DNA from: Kiritimatiellia bacterium
GTDB lineage: Bacteria > Verrucomicrobiota > Kiritimatiellia > SLAD01
Assembly: GCA_007136425.1 (NCBI GenBank)
Contig: SLGY01000001.1
Coordinates: forward strand, 1-52,805
Length of the DNA: 52,805 nt
Reading direction: 5' to 3'
The translations under genes were made by a program, and so were the position numbers. A model generated the notes under the pieces. The model was not told the DNA's origin. It ran no database searches and saw only the letters and a list, made by a program, of their open reading frames with translations. Numbering within the stretch: the stretch's first letter is position 1; the number at the start of each line of letters is the position of its first letter. Positions 47,684 to 52,805 of this stretch are shown here, piece by piece.

Positions 47684-48550
47684 ATGATGGCCCGGCTCCG
47701 TTCGGGCTCGCGTTCGGCTCTCTGGTTTGCTGCGGCGTTCGGGTTGCTGTTCCTCGTGCGTGTGCCCTTTCTGCTGATCCATTACATCCCGTATCACGTG
47801 CCTTTCGAACCGTGGGTGGCGTTGATCCCGCTCTTGGGCGTCTTGTGGGGCGCTCCCGCTGTGCTCGCCATCGGCGCGGCCACGGTGCTGAGCGACTGGA
47901 TGGGCGGCTTGCGTGGCGCCCTGCCGCTATATCACGGGCTCGGCATGATGGCGTGGGCCTGGAGCGCGCGCACGCTATGGATCGTGCGACCGCCTGCGGA
48001 ATCGACCCCGGACGCGCCCGCGCGCGTGCCTTGGTCCGCCGCACTGTACTTCCTTGTAATCAGCCTGCCGGGCGCCCTGGTAGCGGCGACGTGCATCGCG
48101 TTGGGCGCGGATTTCCTGCGCGCGTACCCGTTTTCCTATATCGCGACCATCGCCGCGCTGAACAACGTATTCTTTCTGCTGGTGTTCGGCGCCGTGCTGT
48201 ATCGCCTGTTCGCTCGGGTTATGGTCCCGCACTTCGGCGCGCGCGACGATGACGCCGAATACGCGCAGCGCCCGGCTTTTCTGGCCCTGTTCCTGCAAAT
48301 CCTCGGCGCCGTCGGCGCGTGGGGCATCGGCTATCTCGTGGCCATCCGGCTGGGGTACCCCGCACGCGGACCGGTGGTGCTCGGCGATACGGCGGGAATG
48401 CGACTCCTGCCCGGCGTGTTGCCTCTACTGCTCCTGTTCGGGATCGGCTTGTTTTATCCGATCATTAAGAAACGCACGCACCCCGACACCCCGATTCAAC
48501 GGGCGGGCGCGGCGTCATCCTCCAAGACGAACGCGCGACCGTTTGCTTGA
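47684..48550 (+). CDS. Multi-pass membrane protein of unknown function
   Basis: About 8 hydrophobic segments; GC-rich codon usage consistent with neighbouring genes. Confidence 0.72.
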   Translation: MMARLRSGSRSALWFAAAFGLLFLVRVPFLLIHYIPYHVPFEPWVALIPLLGVLWGAPAVLAIGAATVLSDWMGGLRGALPLYHGLGMMAWAWSARTLWIVRPPAESTPDAPARVPWSAALYFLVISLPGALVAATCIALGADFLRAYPFSYIATIAALNNVFFLLVFGAVLYRLFARVMVPHFGARDDDAEYAQRPAFLALFLQILGAVGAWGIGYLVAIRLGYPARGPVVLGDTAGMRLLPGVLPLLLLFGIGLFYPIIKKRTHPDTPIQRAGAASSSKTNARPFA

Positions 48551-48954
48551 GCCACCACGGAACGTCCGCCGGAAGGCTCTACCTGACGCAACACAATCTC
48601 CTCATCCGCCTCCGGATCGTTCCATGCCGCAGTGATCTCGAACGGTGCAACACGCTCCGCGTCCAGCAAGGCGTGATCCGCCACTATATCGGAAAGCGAA
48701 GGGATCCGCTGCTCCGGATGCTGCGCCATCATCATGTAACGCGCCGACACGATCTGGCGGGCGTCACTTAATCGATGCTTTTCATGCGCGCTACGCAATG
48801 ACGCGCAGCCCGCCCCAAACACGAGCACCAGGCCCAATACGGACAAGACCAGAAATGCCGGGCTAAACACGGTTCCGACTCCGCGCGCCCCGTCGCGTGT
48901 CGTCCCTCGCCTGAAGGTCAATACCCCGGATGGATTGCTACTCTTTTTCAACAT
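48496..48954 (-). CDS. Putative lipoprotein of unknown function
   Basis: AAAGGAGG RBS before ATG 48954; hydrophobic stretch ending in GAGC. Confidence 0.6.
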   Translation of the reverse strand: MLKKSSNPSGVLTFRRGTTRDGARGVGTVFSPAFLVLSVLGLVLVFGAGCASLRSAHEKHRLSDARQIVSARYMMMAQHPEQRIPSLSDIVADHALLDAERVAPFEITAAWNDPEADEEIVLRQVEPSGGRSVVAQANGRAFVLEDDAAPAR

Positions 48955-49759
48955 ACGCCCTCCTTTGCCTGACGGCTTCGTACAGCAGGATCGTGGCCGC
49001 CGCCGCCACATTGAGCGAATCGCATTGGCCGAGCATCGGAATACGCACATGCGTATCGGCGTGCTCCATCCAGTACGCGCTCAACCCGTATTGTTCGGCG
49101 CCCACCAGCATAGCCGTACCCTGCGTATAATCAACCGTCGTATAATCCCGATCCGTATGCGGAGTGGCCGCCACGACACGAATACCGCGCTCCAGCAACC
49201 ACGCGCGCACCGCTTCGGAGCCGGCATCGACAACCGGCACCGCAAACAGCGTCCCGATACTGGCGCGTACGACGTTGGGATTATTGATGTCCGTGCAACG
49301 ATCGCACACGATCACGGCATGTACCCCGGCGGCGTCCGCGGAACGCAGCATCGTGCCGAGATTGCCCGGTTTCTCGATCTGTTCCACGATCAACAACAAC
49401 GGATTCTCCGGCAGCGCGAGTTCGTCCAACGTCAACCGGAGTTGCGGCGCGAGTGCAAGCAAGCCCTCCGGCCGATCGCGGTACGCGATCTTCTCGAACA
49501 CCGGCACACTGCATGCGAGGATCTCCGCGTCCGCCGCTCGACACTGTTCAATAAGCCCGGGCTCATTTTCGCCCTGAAACAATTCGGAACAATAAAAAAG
49601 CGTCGACGGCCGATGCCCGTTCTCCAACGCGCGTTTCAACTCGCGATAGCCTTCGATGATCAGAACGCCTTCCTCGTCGCGCACACTGCGTTTGCGCAAT
49701 TTGACGACCCGTTTAATCTTCGGGTTTTGCAGGCTGTTAATCTGGGCGGAAGAATTCAG
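48938..49759 (-). CDS. TrmH/SpoU family RNA methyltransferase (probable non-canonical CTG start)
   Basis: INSLQNPKIK, IIEGYRE, EKPGNLGTMLRSADAAG, VVRASIG, VGAEQYGL, IPMLGQCDSLNVA. Confidence 0.9.
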   Translation of the reverse strand: MNSSAQINSLQNPKIKRVVKLRKRSVRDEEGVLIIEGYRELKRALENGHRPSTLFYCSELFQGENEPGLIEQCRAADAEILACSVPVFEKIAYRDRPEGLLALAPQLRLTLDELALPENPLLLIVEQIEKPGNLGTMLRSADAAGVHAVIVCDRCTDINNPNVVRASIGTLFAVPVVDAGSEAVRAWLLERGIRVVAATPHTDRDYTTVDYTQGTAMLVGAEQYGLSAYWMEHADTHVRIPMLGQCDSLNVAAAATILLYEAVRQRRAYVEKE

Positions 49760-50373
49760 GGCGCAGGGTTCGGTTTTTCAGGTTCGGGGGCAAGACGTTC
49801 GCTCCATGCCCGGCGGGCTTCAGTAAGCGCACGGCCGCGATGCGAGAGGCGATGCTTCTCCGCCGATGCCAGCTCGGCAAAGGTCCGTTCATGTCCCTCG
49901 GGGACGAATAGCGGGTCGTAGCCGAAACCGTTCTCACCGCGCGGTGCGCGCGCAATCGCGCCGCGACAGACTCCTTCGACGTACTGCGCGCGGCCGTCCG
50001 GCTCGGCAAGGGCGATCACGCAACGGAACTGCGCGTTGCGATTGTCCGTCTCGTTCAGTGCGGCCAACAGCTTGCGGTTATTTGCCGCGTAATCGGCGTG
50101 CTCGCCCGCGTAGCGGGCCGAATAGACGCCGGGCGCACCGTGCAGCGCGTCCACTTCCAATCCGGTATCGTCGGCGAGCGCGTGTAGACCGGTGGCCAGT
50201 GCCAGCGTCACCGCTTTCTTCACCGCGTTGGCTTCCAACGTTTCGCCGTCCTCCACCACGTCCGGAATCTCGGGATAATCCAACGCACTGACGATATCCA
50301 GTCCCGGCAGATCGAAGATCTCCCGGATCTCTTCCAGTTTGTGGGGGTTTCTGGTGGCAATAAGCAGTTTCAT
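49756..50373 (-). CDS. rdgB: dITP/XTP pyrophosphatase (Ham1 family)
   Basis: ATRNPHKLEEI, NAVKKA, ADDTGLEVDALHGAPGVYSARYAG, GFGYDPLF, KHRLSHRGRA. Confidence 0.95.
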   Translation of the reverse strand: MKLLIATRNPHKLEEIREIFDLPGLDIVSALDYPEIPDVVEDGETLEANAVKKAVTLALATGLHALADDTGLEVDALHGAPGVYSARYAGEHADYAANNRKLLAALNETDNRNAQFRCVIALAEPDGRAQYVEGVCRGAIARAPRGENGFGYDPLFVPEGHERTFAELASAEKHRLSHRGRALTEARRAWSERLAPEPEKPNPAP

Positions 50374-50460
50374 GATGAACAGCGTCCCGACAACGTGCAT
50401 CCCAACCCGTCCCCGGCACATCGACGCACGCACGACGGACGCCTCGCAGCGCGCGGAAGC

Positions 50461-50547
50461 TGGTGCTCGGGGCGGGAGTCGAACCCGCACGACCTTATCG
50501 GTCACTAGGCCCTCAACCTAGCGCGTCTGCCATTCCGCCACCCGAGC
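50461..50547 (-). tRNA. tRNA-Leu (GAG)
   Basis: GCTCGGGTGGCGGAATGGCAGACGCGCTAGGTT-GAG-GGCCTAGTGACCGATAAGGTCGTGCGGGTTCGACTCCCGCCCCGAGCACCA; long variable arm, encoded CCA. Confidence 0.97.
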
Positions 50548-50618
50548 GCCGGAAATCTCGGGGAAAGATAGCGAGTCGTTTGGTCGTACGCAAGCGGGAA
50601 ACCCGGCGCGGACCGGCT

Positions 50619-52805
50619 CTAATAGTCCCAGGACCAGATAACGTCCAATCCGGCGTCGGCGTCGGTACCCATCTCCGTTTCCACGCGCACGGTCGGCGTC
50701 AATTCCACTTCGACTTTCGCTCGGCCGCCCTCTTCCGGACCGAGGCCTCGCTCGAGTTCCACATAAATGCGGTCACTGATGTATTTGCCGACACTCACCG
50801 CCGCATGGCCCTCATCTTCTTCCGCCTGGCGCAGCTCGATCTGGTCCACACGCAGGATCCGGCGCGTATGCCCCATGACGTCAAACGCACTACCCCCACC
50901 GCGCAATCGGTTCACCGCCTGCGCCATGGTGATCGCCTGCCAAGGCGTGATCCGGGCGGCTTCCCGCCCGAAAAGCAGACGCGCCAGGATCTCGTCTTCG
51001 GGCATCTCCGGCCTGGAATCGAGTTCGATTTCGGGCGCATCCAGATCGCCGGTAAGGCGCAGAATCGCAGTGATCCCGCCCGATCGCGCCTCCGCAACCA
51101 CGTCGATCATCGCATGCGGAGGAAACGATCCCATCAGCGTCACTACGCCGCGCGTTATGCCGAGGCGTTTCCCGAAAAAGACAAAGCGTCCGCGCAGGAT
51201 GGAAAGCGATCCGCTGATATCCGGTTCGCGCGCAGATCCCTGTATGCGCACGTCGCCGCCCCATTCGGAATCCAGACCGCGTCCACGAACGTATGCGCGA
51301 TCCGGGAAAACGACCTCCACATCCATAACCAAATTGTGCGCCGCCACTTCTTCCAACAGTTCATCCTCCATTTCCTCTATCGCTTCATCGTCCGGATCGG
51401 TTTCGCCATTGATTTCCGTGACATCCAGATCAATCAACGCAGCGGGCATTCGTTCAGGAATCCGGAATTCCATGGAAGTAACGGTCACCCGACCGGTCAC
51501 CTCACTTGCATGACGCGTTCCTTCCCAGGTCAACGTGCCATCGCCCGTTGCGCGGGCGGTATCATGCCGTAAGAGGCGAAACCGTTTGAGCGACAAGGCC
51601 GCATCAAACGGGTACCCATCCTCCGGACGGATCTGCAGGGAGCCGCTCATCGATACGCGGCCGTCGTTGCCGTCCGTTGCCCTGAGGTGTTCGATGGTCA
51701 AGCGGTCCCGTTGCCCCGACACGCTCATTTCCAGATTCTTCAAGATCGTGCCCAACCGGGTATGCTCATAAGCCCCATCAACCACTTGCAGGGCGCCCGA
51801 CACATCGGGCTCGGCCACCGTCCCGCTCAAAGCGAGATCCACGGACAAAAGACCCGCAAGGCGATGCACGTCCAGGACAAACAACGTCGCCAGTTCGCCC
51901 AGATCGGTTTCCGCAAAAAGATGACCGGACACGTCCCCTTCCGGCGGCCATTGCAGATGGACCGGATAAAGCGAAACCTGTAACGGAACCTCCAATTCGA
52001 GTTCCACGGGCCGGCCCGTCAACTCCTCCAGGAGGAATCGGCCGCTCAGGCGTTGATCCTCCAGCCAGGCGGACACCGAAAAGAGAGCCGGCGGGCCGTC
52101 CCAATAATTCGTATCTGCCGGCATCAAGCCGCTGAATTTCACCTGCAACTCGGCCTGCGGATTCGCCGGATGTCCGCTGACACGCAGATGCCCCTCCATT
52201 TCACCTTTAGCATCGCCCACTCCGGCAAAACCGAACGTGGATAACGGCAATTCCCGCACATCCGCTTCCAGTTCCACGGCCTCGGCATGGACGTGTCCGG
52301 ACGCGAGCAATCGGCCTGCCCCGATACGCAGGGCCAACAGCTCCACATCATACCGGTCCTGCCGGCGCAATACCCGAACCGATTCTTCCAACGCCAGAAT
52401 GAAATCCCGGTGCTCAAAATGCAAATCATGCCAAGCCACCTCCGCGGGCTGTCCCTCCTCAAAATAAACGGATGCGGTCGAGGTCAACGCCCAGGGATCC
52501 AACAATTCCCCGGCCCCGTTCAGGGCGATGTCCACTGAATCCCGATCGCCCGCCGCATGCATTTCGATTTCCTGAATATTCAGATCTTCCGCCTCCACCC
52601 CGCGCAGCGTAACGTGCGCGGCCCCGGCGGGTTCATCAAACAGATCCCGCACCGAAGCCTCGACCTGCATGGCGTCCATCGCCCCGTACGGCAGCACAAG
52701 ACTGGACGCCGCCGCCTCAAGAAAAGCGTCTTGGCGCCCGTTCTCCGTCGCCATCCGCAAGGTCAGCTCCAAGCGGCCTTCCGCTTCGATCCCCCAATGC
52801 GCGGC
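50619..52805 (-). CDS. tamB: Translocation/assembly module TamB-like protein (5' part outside the window)
   Basis: Frame is open to the window edge; C-terminal VRGRGLDSEW, GRFVFFGKRL, PEDEILARLLFG, VGKYISDRIYV, WSWDY. Confidence 0.9.
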   Translation of the reverse strand, partial: AAHWGIEAEGRLELTLRMATENGRQDAFLEAAASSLVLPYGAMDAMQVEASVRDLFDEPAGAAHVTLRGVEAEDLNIQEIEMHAAGDRDSVDIALNGAGELLDPWALTSTASVYFEEGQPAEVAWHDLHFEHRDFILALEESVRVLRRQDRYDVELLALRIGAGRLLASGHVHAEAVELEADVRELPLSTFGFAGVGDAKGEMEGHLRVSGHPANPQAELQVKFSGLMPADTNYWDGPPALFSVSAWLEDQRLSGRFLLEELTGRPVELELEVPLQVSLYPVHLQWPPEGDVSGHLFAETDLGELATLFVLDVHRLAGLLSVDLALSGTVAEPDVSGALQVVDGAYEHTRLGTILKNLEMSVSGQRDRLTIEHLRATDGNDGRVSMSGSLQIRPEDGYPFDAALSLKRFRLLRHDTARATGDGTLTWEGTRHASEVTGRVTVTSMEFRIPERMPAALIDLDVTEINGETDPDDEAIEEMEDELLEEVAAHNLVMDVEVVFPDRAYVRGRGLDSEWGGDVRIQGSAREPDISGSLSILRGRFVFFGKRLGITRGVVTLMGSFPPHAMIDVVAEARSGGITAILRLTGDLDAPEIELDSRPEMPEDEILARLLFGREAARITPWQAITMAQAVNRLRGGGSAFDVMGHTRRILRVDQIELRQAEEDEGHAAVSVGKYISDRIYVELERGLGPEEGGRAKVEVELTPTVRVETEMGTDADAGLDVIWSWDY

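Noticed and set aside
50374-50547. Integrative element at tRNA-Leu (and likewise at tRNA-Glu)
   Set aside because: No integrase and no duplicated tRNA 3' end seen; flanking genes are housekeeping

Overview
A GC-rich bacterial chromosomal segment. The gene content (stand-alone prepilin-like protein, DUF4032-like protein, two-domain ArgA, GTP-type PEPCK, LA_2272-like repeat protein) suggests a PVC-superphylum organism, probably Kiritimatiellota/Verrucomicrobiota; this placement is an inference. Most genes are housekeeping: comEC (partial), thiD, asd, tRNA-Glu, queA, glmS, murA, pckG, parB, bcp, argA, mscS, asnS, rdgB, tRNA-Leu and tamB (partial). There are two accessory operons: a five-gene polyphosphate operon (ROK kinase, ppx, ppk1, HD-CHAD fusion, sixA) and a six-gene fatty-acid modification operon (DUF1295, two CFA-type methyltransferases, NTF2 lipoprotein, FAD oxidoreductase, DUF1365). 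No integrase, transposase or cas gene is visible. The most unusual signals are non-coding. (1) A lower-GC four-helix-bundle (23S-IVP/Avd-like) gene sits between glmS and murA, bracketed by inverted (RAGAAGT)n arrays that contain a perfect 31-bp inverted repeat. A gene-less pair of the same arrays 31 kb away supplies the stop codons of two convergent genes. (2) Four TTCCAA-N3-TTGGAA palindromes are spaced 31-32 bp apart next to tRNA-Glu. (3) A 44-bp nested palindrome occurs three times, twice inside a diverged ~240-bp duplication. (4) There are several REP/REPIN-like elements. All family assignments come from motif recognition by eye, not from database searches.
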